In this document: in pieces, positions 26,428 through 37,400 of the stretch | How the letters are laid out: every line of letters begins with the position of its first letter | Numbering within the stretch: position 1 is the stretch's first letter | Assembly: GCF_021869535.1 (NCBI RefSeq) | Contig: NW_026262745.1 | Span: 33,480,001 to 33,544,000 of the forward strand | DNA from: Mytilus californianus | Lineage: Eukaryota | Reading direction: 5' to 3' | DNA: 64,000 nucleotides | Made by a program: the position numbers and the translations under genes | The notes under the pieces: generated by a model | The model's input: the letters and a program-made list of their open reading frames with translations, nothing else | What the model was told of the DNA's origin: nothing | Databases searched by the model: none

Positions 26428-26997
26428 ATTTTAAAAGATTTCACGACGATTAAAACTTAATTAATTTATCTCAGTTTGTTTCATTCATCGGAAATAGAAA
26501 CGTCAATCTGTTTCTTGTGTGTTATCACCTTCCTGACTAAATGTAAACAACTTGTGCTCTATTAATTTTCTTATCTAATGATTACAGTTTATCCCTCATC
26601 TCTCAGGTAAACATCTATCCACATGTACTGTACAACTGCACTGTTAAAAAATAACTTTTATGAATCAATATTGTTCCCCAGCTGACAAAACACTTTTTTT
26701 AACGACGGTAATTTTTCTAGATATTCAACCTTCACCCCAAAAAACTGTTGAATTAATCATCTTCGTCCTTGGCTATTTGAAATACGATAATCCTTGGAAA
26801 GAGTGGTCGCATAGTGCTTACAATTGCAGAATATGATATTTGTCACACTCTGAATTATGAATGCTATCTAGCTACTCGCCTTCAAAATAGAAAAATCGTT
26901 ACGAAAATGTTTCATTTCTTCTTTTCACTATTTCAATTGATTTACAAAATTATGTATTACAAAATTGATATATATATTATGTTACTTCAATGCACAA

Positions 26998-27350
26998 ATG
27001 AGTCTTGTTTGTTTGTTATTAACATGCAATGCGAAAACACTGCATTCGTGTTCATAACTACTCTTACAAGGATACCTCCTTTATGTATATAGCCACCACT
27101 TTACAAGGCCTTGAATTTAGTGTTATGATTATCATCTACGCAAAACAGGAATTCTGTATTAAAATGTGTACATATGAGTCTTGTTTGTTTGTTATTAACA
27201 TGCAATGCGAAAACACTGCATTCGTGTTCATAACTACTCTTACAAGGATACCTCCTTTATGTATATAGCCACCACTTTACAAGGCCTTGAATTTAGTGTT
27301 ATGATTATCATCTACGCAAAACAGGAATTCTGTATTAAAAATGTGTACAT
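26998..27350. repeat. Near-perfect 176-bp tandem duplication
   Basis: 26998-27173 and 27174-27350 are identical except for one extra A in a homopolymer. Confidence 0.95.
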
Positions 27351-28641
27351 ACCTTTACTTGTAAAATTGTGAAACACATATTTTTTCTTCTTTATTTTTT
27401 AATAAAAAAAAGTTACATTTTTTGCATTGTTCTCTGTAAATATACAAACGAGTTGTTGGTAAACCGTCAAATTATGAGATAGCAATCAATTTAAAAACAA
27501 GATCTTTACAATAACATAAACGGTACTAATGTTCAAAAGTTAGTAATACTTTAACGGAGGCATTCCAAGATCTGCCATCAACACTTATAAAACACAAAAA
27601 AAACCCATAAAGATATCATTATTGACGATGTTCTTGACTTGGGACAGGGTACGTGAAAATATGTTGCAAATAATCTTGTGGGTTTTTTTTTTCATTTGCT
27701 GCACTAACAGCTCTTCCCCTTTTAATCTCGTTTAGTGGAATAATAATTAAAAAAAAATCAAGAAATTTAAAGCATTTATCTTTATAATACCGGTATAATA
27801 AATAACAAAAACACACGTTAAAGTTAATGAAAAAACAAATATCATGAAAAATCTTAATCTACTGATATAGAAATCATGTTGTCCTTGACTAATATTAGCA
27901 GTTGTTCTTTGGAGTACATTACACATAATTAGCAACGTCATAACCGTGCTTGAAGACGCAATCTTGCTCAATGTCCATAGAAAATTTGCAAAAAATATTA
28001 TTCCAGTAAAAATGATTTATCGCCAACAATATACTTGTACAACAGTATACTAGCAATTGTACTGTTTATGACAAGGACTACAATGACCAAGAAATATGTT
28101 ATTTGTGACATTTTTATTAGGACATATAATTTTAAAATCGTATAATAACTCTTTACTCTTGAAGAAAAATCGGTGAGCACACGAACGGGTTGTTTTGGAG
28201 TGGTGCGACTAATATCCTGAACAACTCTTGAAAGTATATGACAGTTCATCTCAAGGACAAATCAACTGAGGTACAACTTTGCTAATCTCAAGGTCAAATC
28301 AATGTGCAACTTTGATTACCACTGAAGATGAAGTCGATACTACGATTTTTTAATATTTTGATTAATAATCAACATTTCCCAATTCATTTCCTCAATTTTG
28401 AAATCCGAATACTAGTATTCAGTTATAAACCTGGATTGACGTGTAATTGTGGATAACGGGATAATGGCGTACGGGGTAATCAGTGTCGGAATAAATGGGT
28501 GGCCGATATGACTCAGATGCGACAGCGCTGATGGTTTTTGCTAGCCTTGTTTCTCGTCCTGAATATGGATGAAATCTTGCTACTGGGAATGCAAGCAAAA
28601 AAAGATCAATCAAATGATCTGAAACGAACTGTTTAATATGT

Positions 28642-29848
28642 ATGTGAAGTTAGCAGCCGGTTCGTTATTCGTTATTCGATATTCAATATCCAACCAACTA
28701 CTAGCAGTCGGTTCGATATTCAAATTTTCTAAGTTGAATATAGTAAAAAAAAATAAACATTCGATAACATTCAGCATGATAGTTTTTAGTTAATAGTTGT
28801 AAAAATTAAGAGATAAAGGAAATCTTTTTTTTTTGTTGTCCTCGAATATAAACCCTTGTGTAAATCGAATATTTCTCTTTATGACCTTTAGATTTTTATC
28901 AATAGAATATAATCAAGAATGAACATTTAAAAGATGATATTTAAAGAAACAAAAAGAAACGATTTAAAAAATATAGATAGAAACAACTATGGAAAAAAAA
29001 AAAAAAAAAAGATATTTTCGAATGACTAAATATTCAGCTATATCCAGTAACGAGGGGTTGGCTAGATCTTCCTGATCTCTCAATCTTCATTATATTATGC
29101 ATATAGTTAGTTAATATATAGATATAATTGACATCAAAAGGAATTTGGGTAAACTTTTCGTCTTCTGAGTTTATGTAGGGCTCAAAGTGCCAGTTTGATA
29201 TTCAAAATTTATAGTGAAACCTACCGGAGACCGCTCAAAAACAGTGAGACCCCCCTGGTCTTTCACTATCCACAAAATTGAATACTATTGTAGACTTTGT
29301 ATATAAACAGATTTTAGTAAAAGGATTTCCCAGAAAAATGTCATCTTCGATATGTACGGAGGGCTTAAAGTGTCACTTTTCAAATAAAATCGTCAAAAAA
29401 TCAGGTGAAAGGGCACAGAGCGTTGGCTAGACCTTCCTGATCTCTCAATCTTCACTATATTATGCATATGGCTTTCCGTAAATATTTCTATTTCTATTTT
29501 TAACTAATGCTACCAAAGTGATCGTTTGTTTTTGTTTCTAGAATTATCAAGTAAAAAGTATATCTCTGGTTGCATTTTATTGATAAAAATCTATATTTCA
29601 TTAAGACAAATGTGCAATTTTCATAAGGGTTTATATTGGACAACGGAAATTTACGACAGCTTGAAGGGGTCATAAAACGATTTCCTAGATATCTTTTTAC
29701 TCTTTTTATCTATGACTATCATGTTTTAGTTGTTATCTAATATTTAGATTTTTATTATTATCAACTTAGCAATTTGAATATCGAACCGACTGCTAGCAGC
29801 CGGTTGGATATTGAATATCGAATAACGAACCGGCTGCTGACTTCACAT
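28642..29848. mobile_element. Non-autonomous DNA element with ~90-bp terminal inverted repeats
   Basis: atgtgaagttagcagccggttcg...tattcaaat (left) versus atttgaatatcgaaccgactgc...ggctgctgacttcacat (right). An internal ~50-bp direct repeat lies at about 29057 and 29422. No ORF. Confidence 0.8.
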
Positions 29849-31039
29849 CACCAAATCTGCTAAATAATAAAATGAAATGTTTATTCAAATATTGATAAAT
29901 GAAGATTACATTTTTTAACGCTACTGTCAGCACGCATAGGCAAATAATACATAACATAAAAGTTTTAGATTGTAAAAAAAACGTGTGTTGAAAATGAAAT
30001 ATATATCATACATTTCGTGCGTCCGATGCGCTTTTCTGGATTTTCCTTCGTCAGAAACACTTTAACCTAAATTTTTGAAAGCCAAAGATGTATGTATACA
30101 TTAACGTGTACAATAACACCTAATGTAAGAGAAATAAAATTATCAAGTACCAGATGAGTATTATATAAATAATTAATTGTATTTTTGAAAACAAATATTC
30201 TATTTCAGTATTAACAGCCTGATGTCAAATGGAGTGACGAAACAAGTTATTGGTGAAAGAACTTCAGTACACACAGAAAACCTTCGACAGGAACACTGGA
30301 GCAATTGTGACTATAAATAAACTATATTTTCAAATCACGAAAATTAGTGTATTTTACCAGATTTGTTTCAATAAGGAATTGATAGATTTATTTTATTATC
30401 ATTTAGTTTGTTTTCCTACTTATCAAGGGCCATCGATAAAAATAAAAAATAAAAGATAAATCCGATACAATCCAGAATTATACTAACTTCAGTTCTAGTG
30501 ATATTCTGGATCCTACCAAGGATTTATATAGTAAGACTTACTATATAAATCTTTGATCCTACTATAGAAATTTAGTCTGTATATACCAATGTGTTTTTTC
30601 TGTGCATGTACCGATTTTTTTGTCATGGATGGATACCCCATATCCTTTGTTTTTTCTATTATAGGAATTCTGATTTGTACTGGAGTTTTATTAGCATAAA
30701 TCGGAATTTTTGTTTCTACTAGTAGATATTGGAATTCCAATTTGTACTAGGAGGATTCAGGATCCTACTGAATTCCAATTTGTACTGTAACAAATTTGTG
30801 TATTGTCAAAATAAGAAAAGGTATGAGGAAAATCTGTAGAAAGATTAAAATGACAATAGAATACACGTATTTACTGTATTTATGTAATGTAACATTTTCT
30901 CTCCTCATTCATCCCATTGTTATTGTTGTTTATATTTTACATATTCGAAACCTTGTGGGATTCATCCCTTTTTGGACTAGGCCGTGTGATAATTAATGGT
31001 AATAAAAGTTACTAACATAGCAAAATATGATGCATATCG

Positions 31040-31700
31040 TCCAATTGAAATACTAGTTGTTAATACTCCAGTTATGCAGCTTAGTTTGCAGGTCTGATTT
31101 GGTTTGAGTTTACAATTTTTGAAATAGCCTGCTGACGAAAAGCAAGATTTAGAACAACTCTAATCTGTTTAAGATGTCTTTACGACAACGGGGTCTACGG
31201 AAACCTAAAACGGTAGTCTCAGGTAGATATTGGATAGTAAGGAGGATTTTTTTTATCTCAAATTTTGTTGGATAACCCGTGTTAGTAGATCAAAGTCGAA
31301 TGGAAAGTTAACAAAGTGTTGTCAACGGGAACAATGTGTGTACGTTTTTAGATACTGCATTTACATTTGCAACACGCATGCAAATTATCCAATTTAATAC
31401 TAGTAGTTAAAACTCCGGTTATGCAGCATTTGTTTGCAAGTCTGGTTTTGTTTGATTCCACAATCTTTGTAAGAACCTGCTGGCGATACGCCAGGTTTAG
31501 AATACAATTCAACTCTGAAGTATTTAAGACAATGCGGTCTACGAAAACTAAAACGGAAGTATCAGGATAGGTTTTGGATACAAGTAGTTTGGAAGATTTT
31601 CATTTTCCCGTAACTCTTGTCGAATAAATTGTGAAAGTTGATCAAAGTCGAATGGGAAGTTATTAACAAAGTGTCGTCAACAGGAACAATATGTGCACCT
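31040..31700 (-). repeat. Two diverged ~350-bp tandem copies, possibly Penelope-like C-terminal remnants
   Basis: 31040-31345 and 31388-31699 align. Minus-strand frameshifted traces FRRP..K and AG(Y/S)(F/Y)K.C...NQTCK loosely resemble the region preceding the GIY-YIG domain. Confidence 0.5.
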
Positions 31701-32769
31701 TTTCTCATTGACTTCTTAGTATAAACAATATTTTATTTAGAAAAAAATGTATGTATACAAAATTCCTTATGTTCCTCAAGAGAGGTGAAAAGAAGTTTGC
31801 ATTATTGTGAACTAAATGTTAACATATAGAAGATGTCCTGTTATTGAAATGTTTAAGTTCTATTATGTTACCCGTAGTTGCTTCCATCGATTCCAGTGCA
31901 CTTAATAAAGGATACCACAGAAACAGATAAGGTCAGTTGTATGTCTTGACTAATATTTAGAATTGAACAGTAGTAGAATCGGCTGAGATCAAAACGTTAT
32001 GACAAAAAAGAAGACTTTCAAATTAACATTGTGAACTTTGGTAGCGTTCCAGCAGGACCTGCATGTCATCGGGACTGTTGTGACCAGGGAAAATGCAGCT
32101 TCAGTTTAATATTTTGGACTTTAATATAAAATTCTCAATTTTGATAATTTAGACTTTATTTCTATGTGTTTTAAAATTCAATTTAATTTTATATTTTCGT
32201 TTCTATTTACATTTAATATCCAGGACTTAAAATCAACATGCTTTGATATGCAATTTAATTCTCAGTTTGGACATTGAGTGACATGTTTTATTCTATTAGC
32301 TAATTAATGACATTAACCCTTTTTCATTATTATATGTTTTTAAATATCATAATCAGATTAGTAAATTAACTTTATTCTTCAAGTTCTAAAAATAGTTTAA
32401 TCCTTGTCAGTGAACAATATTACTCAAATTAATTGTTATTTGTTATGTCTATACTTGTCAATTCAATTGTGTATTAATACTTGTTTATAATTTTTATAAG
32501 CAAGATTTGGACTCAGGACTTTACACTGAACACAGTCCATCTGAAATAAAAGTATTAGTATTCCATGCTGAATTATTGGTTTATTCATCGCTAGTTCCAG
32601 AGTCTCAACAGTTAGTTTTCACCAGAGTTTCAGTGCCAAAGTTCTCATTGCTATTCACAGCAATCGTTTGTTGTGTGATCAGGTGCATCACACAGTTTCA
32701 GTAACAAGAGGCCATTCAGTCAGGCTCTTGTTACACAACCTTATAGGTCACCCAGTTTCCCCGGTGACA

Positions 32770-32790
32770 GATTGGTGGAGGACGACGGCG
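32770..32790 (+). promoter_or_regulatory. Putative primer-binding site of the LTR element
   Basis: TGGTGGAG starts 4 nt after the 5' LTR end and is complementary to a tRNA 3' end ...CUCCACCA (tRNA-Ala-like; identity not verified). Confidence 0.6.
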
Positions 32791-32914
32791 TGCTGACTTC
32801 TATGCTCAGCACACGATCCAGAGACCTCAAGCAGCCAAGCGAGTTCCCCAAACAAGTATCATAGACAATATTCAGCGATGGAGTACAGCTTTCGACCACA
32901 ATGGAGACCATGGA

Positions 32915-33724
32915 ATGTCCAGTCAGGTTAGTCCAGCATGTGGAAGATGCGGTAAATTTCACAAATTCTATTTATGCAATTCAATCAATCAGAGATGCTA
33001 TTTGTGTGGAAAGTTCGGACATTATTCTAGTAAGTGTTTTTCAAAAGTAACAAAGGACAGAAAAAGTACACCAGTTCATGTGAAATCTAGAAAACAAAAG
33101 GAGCGTGATACAGCTAGAATGAACAGCTATATCGAGCGCAAAAATATCATTCGAGCCTTACCGTTCAATGGTATGAGAAATTCAGCCTTCGTTCAATATT
33201 TGGATATTGCAAATGTGCTTAAAACAGAACTAAATGGTGTTAAGCTGAAATTATCAGAGGAAAGACGTAAAAATCTAGAACAACAAAAGTGCATCGAGGA
33301 CTTAAAACTTTAACTAAAGAACCAACAGATTCTAGAATCCGAGAGAGATCAGTTCAAGCAAGAACTTGAAAACCTTCGTCAACAGAAAGAAGAAAGTGTT
33401 TCGCGTATTAACGTACAGGAATATGTGAATCAAATTCAGGAACTAAAGGAGCAAGTAATTGAAAAAGACAAGACTGTTAAAATGGTACATGATCTATACT
33501 ATTTACGTTCAACCGAATTTTCTGACGAAATACAAATATTGAAAAAAGAAAAATCAGACCTTCATTCAAAATTGCAATTTCATGAACATTCTATCAAACA
33601 GCTGACAGAAAAACTTCAAAGCCTTCGTCATGAAAACTACATGTTGTCTTCCAGCCAAAACCAACAGCGACCCAACTATAACAACAGACACTATAACAAC
33701 CGCAGAGGAGGCCGATTTAGATAG
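32915..33724 (+). pseudogene. Gag-like ORF (two Zn knuckles, coiled coil, basic RGG tail) interrupted by one in-frame TAA at 33311-33313
   Basis: CGRCGKFHKFYLC (CX2CX3HX4C) and CYLCGKFGHYSSKC (CX2CX4HX4C). ORFs 32915-33313 and 33425-33724 are in the same frame (offset 510) with no other stop between them. The E/K/Q/L-rich region looks heptad-like and the ORF ends NNRRGGRFR. Confidence 0.8.
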
Positions 33725-34974
33725 TGCTAAGTCCGAGGACGGACTTAATTGGGAGGAGAGGCATATGTGACCAGGGAAAATGCAGCTTCAGTTTAATATT
33801 TTGGACTTATAATAAAATTCTCAATTTTGATAATTTAGACTTTATTTCTATGTGTTTTAAAATTCATTTAATTTTATATTTTCGTTTCTATTTACATTTA
33901 ATATCCAGGACTTAAAATCAACATGCTTTGATATGCAATTTAATTCTCAGTTTGGACATTGAGTGACATGTTTTATTCTATAAGCTAATTAGTGACATTA
34001 AACCTTTTTCATTATTATATGTTTTTAAATATCATAATCAGATTAGTAAATTAACTTTATTCTTCAAGTTCTAAAAATAGTTTAACATGTTTAATCCTTG
34101 TCAGTGAACAATATTACTCAAATTAATTGTTATTTGTTATGTCTATACTTGTCAATTCAATTGTGTATAAATACTTGTTTATAATTTTTATAAGCAAGAT
34201 TTGGACTTAGGACTTTACACTGAACACAGTCCATCTGAAATAAAAGTATTAGTATTCCATGCTGAATTATTGGTTTATTCATCGCTAGTTCCAGAGTCTC
34301 AACAGTTAGTTTTCACCAGAGTTTCAGTGCCAAAGTTCTCATTGCTATTCACAGCAATCGTTCGTTGTGTGATCAGGTGCATCACACAGTTTCAGTAACA
34401 AGAGGCCATTCAGTCAGGCTCTTGTTACACAACCCTACAAGTCACCCAGTTTCCCCGGTGATACTTTCTCGCAGTAAATACTATATTCCATGGATTGCGT
34501 TGCCTTGATAGAATGTTACTGTTTTCGAGGAAGTTATTGGACAAAATATTCTTTATGGTAAATTATAAGTCATCTCTTCGAATGTTTCATAGAATTAATT
34601 GACCGTTATGGAATATCTTTGTCTCGGATTAGTTCGGATATGTTTAGTTTGTCGTAACCTCAAACCCGTCCCCCCTCTTCGTATTTAATATCTCCGAATG
34701 ACACATCGCAAGATTTTTAGTGCTCTTAAGGAAAATGCATGCCTCAAGTTTTTTCTAAGATCATCCATGGTATTTAAATAAAGTTTGTCTTGCGTTTGTT
34801 ATTGTTATTTTTGACATATTGAAGGACAACTTGTTGTTAGGGTCTGTGTTTTTTTTTTTTTTTTGTATCTGTCGTGGTCTTGTCTACCATAGATCCTGAA
34901 ATACTTTTGTTAGTGAAAAATTAATGGATTAATTTTCATTTGTTGTGTAGTGTTAAAAAAGGACGATAATTAGT

Positions 34975-35620
34975 AAAATAACAAAAATACCGAACTCTAA
35001 GGATAATTCAAAACGGAAAGTCCCTTATCAAATGGCAAAATCAAAAGCTCAAACACATCAAACGAATGGAAAACAACTGTCATTTTCCTTGACTTGGTAC
35101 AGGCATATCCTTATGTAGAAAATGGTGGATTAAACCTGGTTTCATAGCTAGCTAAACTTCTCACTTGTATGACAGTCGCATAAAATTCCATTATATTGAC
35201 AACAATGTGTGAACAAAACAAACAGACATAATAGGTAAAAATGTCAAAAATAGGGATACAGCAGTCAACATTGTGTTATAATCTTAATCACTATAAAAAC
35301 AAAGAAATATGTCAACAAAGAAAAACAAAATGGCATATAAACAAAGCACATAAGCAAAAATGAAAGACAGAAATACAAAAAATGACCATAGCACAATAAC
35401 ACAATGGCGGGATGTATAAGTACCGAGCCACGCCAAAAGGATATTACCAAAAATAAACTAAACAGTCAAGGTTAATAATGTAAAAAGACAAATAAAAGAA
35501 CACTATAACACGTAATCACGAAGATAAACAACGTCAATACCTAGAATCTATACTTCAAGACCATTATGTATTATTTGTGAAGTTGATACGGAATATTTAT
35601 CAACAAGGTCTTGGTATCTT
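34975..35620. mobile_element. High-copy interspersed non-autonomous repeat (aataccgaactc..aattcaaaacggaaagtccct..atcaaatggc)
   Basis: Resembles abundant mytilid repeats. Recognition only, no second copy in the window. Confidence 0.45.
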
Positions 35621-37104
35621 CCGATGAACTTTTTTAGAAAAAGGACGAGACGTTCTTTGACATTACCCTGGTTCATCAACTTTCTGCTCAGACACTGGTG
35701 ACGTTTAATGATTGGTTCATGCTACTTAAAAAAAATCTTTACACATCGTTAACTATTTTGTAGCCTTTTTAAAAGTCTTGCACCAATATTGGTTTCTATG
35801 TTTCCACAGTGGCAATAAATATCAAGCTTTCTATCGTGTTCTCCATCAAAAGGCTTCAATGTTAGTACCATAGCACACAAAAAAAAAAAAAGATTTTGTG
35901 TGTTCACAACTTTGCGGTTGTGATCTTGGGGACAAGAATTCACTGATTGCTGATACTAAAGATAGTGTCTGAAGTTCTATTCAGTGAAGTTAAGAATATA
36001 TTCAAATTAAGGTTAACTACATTCTATATATTCTCCCACAGTAATGTGTGCTGTTAAGAAAGAGTTATATTCCTGTTGAACTTTATCTTCGGCTGGATTA
36101 TGTTGTTTTTCTAATAGTGGAATTTCATACTGAATTTTGCCTGATTTTGTTATGTTTTTTTACAAAGAAGGTCTATCGTCTCCTGTAGTTTCTGGTTGTT
36201 TTCATATCTGAGTATCAATTAAAATGTCGGATAAGATTTGAATAGTCCATTCTGCTGTGCAACAGTGGCTGGTATACAGCATGACCCATCATTGCGTTTT
36301 CGTATTTAGAATGTGAAGTGTCTGTTTCTCATACTATTCCATATACGCATCAACCTCTGAGATGTGTGTCTCTTGCCTTCCCTAGTTGGAAAAAAATGTT
36401 CTTTTAAGTGTCTCTTTAGAATCTCAATTTTCTAATCTGTGACAGGATCTGGTATTTTCTAAAGTATTTCCTTTCGGTTTCAGTTTCAGAAATCTATTTA
36501 GTACAATTAACTCTAAATTCAGTTCGTTTTTGTTAAGTCTTTTGGTTTTGGTACTGTTTTTTAAATTCATTTTCAAGTGTTATACTGCCACATTTCTCAT
36601 TGTGATAATCAAGGTTGAAAAAGATAAAGTGTAAGGTCATCGTGTTAATAAAGCATACTGTTTGGATTCTTGTCCGACGTTATATCACACAGGATAGGCA
36701 CTGACTTATTAAAGCATTGATTGTATAAGGCGGCGGTGGTTTAGATCTTGGTTTTATGTAGATGGTTTTGTTATTGATTTTCTAATCATATCAGTTAAGA
36801 GTCCTAATGAAGACTGGTATAGACCTGCTGAGGTCAATCATATAATTCGCATAATTTTGTAATTGGAAAAACACGGGAATGACTTAGATTGTGTTTCCGA
36901 TCAGCGAACTCTTATTAAAATGTAACTACATGTATGTATAGCAAAGTCTTTATGAACTAGCATGGGATCTTCGCATTAAATACAACCCATGTCCAGTAAA
37001 CCAAGACGCCAAGGCAAAAACTCTTGTTTCTATAACTTTTTATAATGTATTCTTTCTACACCATTTAAATCTTTGCTCTTCGAGTATAATAAAAATTATC
37101 TAGC

Positions 37105-37400
37105 GACACTTGAACTAATTCAGAGGAGAGCAGCAAGGTTCGTCTATAATCAGTACACATCACATACTAGAAGCGCTGAATTAGGACACAAAGAAAATGT
37201 GCCATGATAACAGGCTATGCATATATATAAATATGCTCCATCGAATACATAACGAGCTGATTTACATCGACTCAAATGTTGCGACAGTAGAACTCGTGTG
37301 GGCACAAGCAATATCAACAGACGGTCATCAATGTCTACAGGAAATCAAAAATAATCATTGAATGGAATACGATACTTGCTAAAGTTGCTGACGTGTACGT
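37105..37400 (+). mobile_element. CR1/L2-type LINE 3' remnant
   Basis: TLELIQRRAARFVYN matches the (V/I)QRRA(A/T)RF motif C-terminal to CR1/L2 RT. The rest is degenerate. Confidence 0.65.

Larger units (their letters stand above)
32079..34463 (+). mobile_element. Non-autonomous LTR retrotransposon with Gag-like ORF only (no pol)
   Basis: Two highly similar direct repeats, 32079-32769 and 33766-34463, start TGTGACC and end GGTGACA/GGTGATA with imperfect terminal inverted repeats. A PBS-like TGGTGGAG lies at 32773 and a PPT-like GGGAGGAGAGG at 33751-33761. The ~1 kb internal region carries a Zn-knuckle ORF. Confidence 0.88.

Noticed and set aside
27870-28340. Cys-containing, signal-like peptides on the minus strand (e.g. 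GHCSPCHKQYNC, MTLLIMCNVLQRTTA)
   Set aside because: Broken by stops and frameshifts, with no consistent splice structure or recognisable domain.
35990-36900. Possible degenerate LINE fragment
   Set aside because: Composition is suggestive but no diagnostic motif could be read with confidence.
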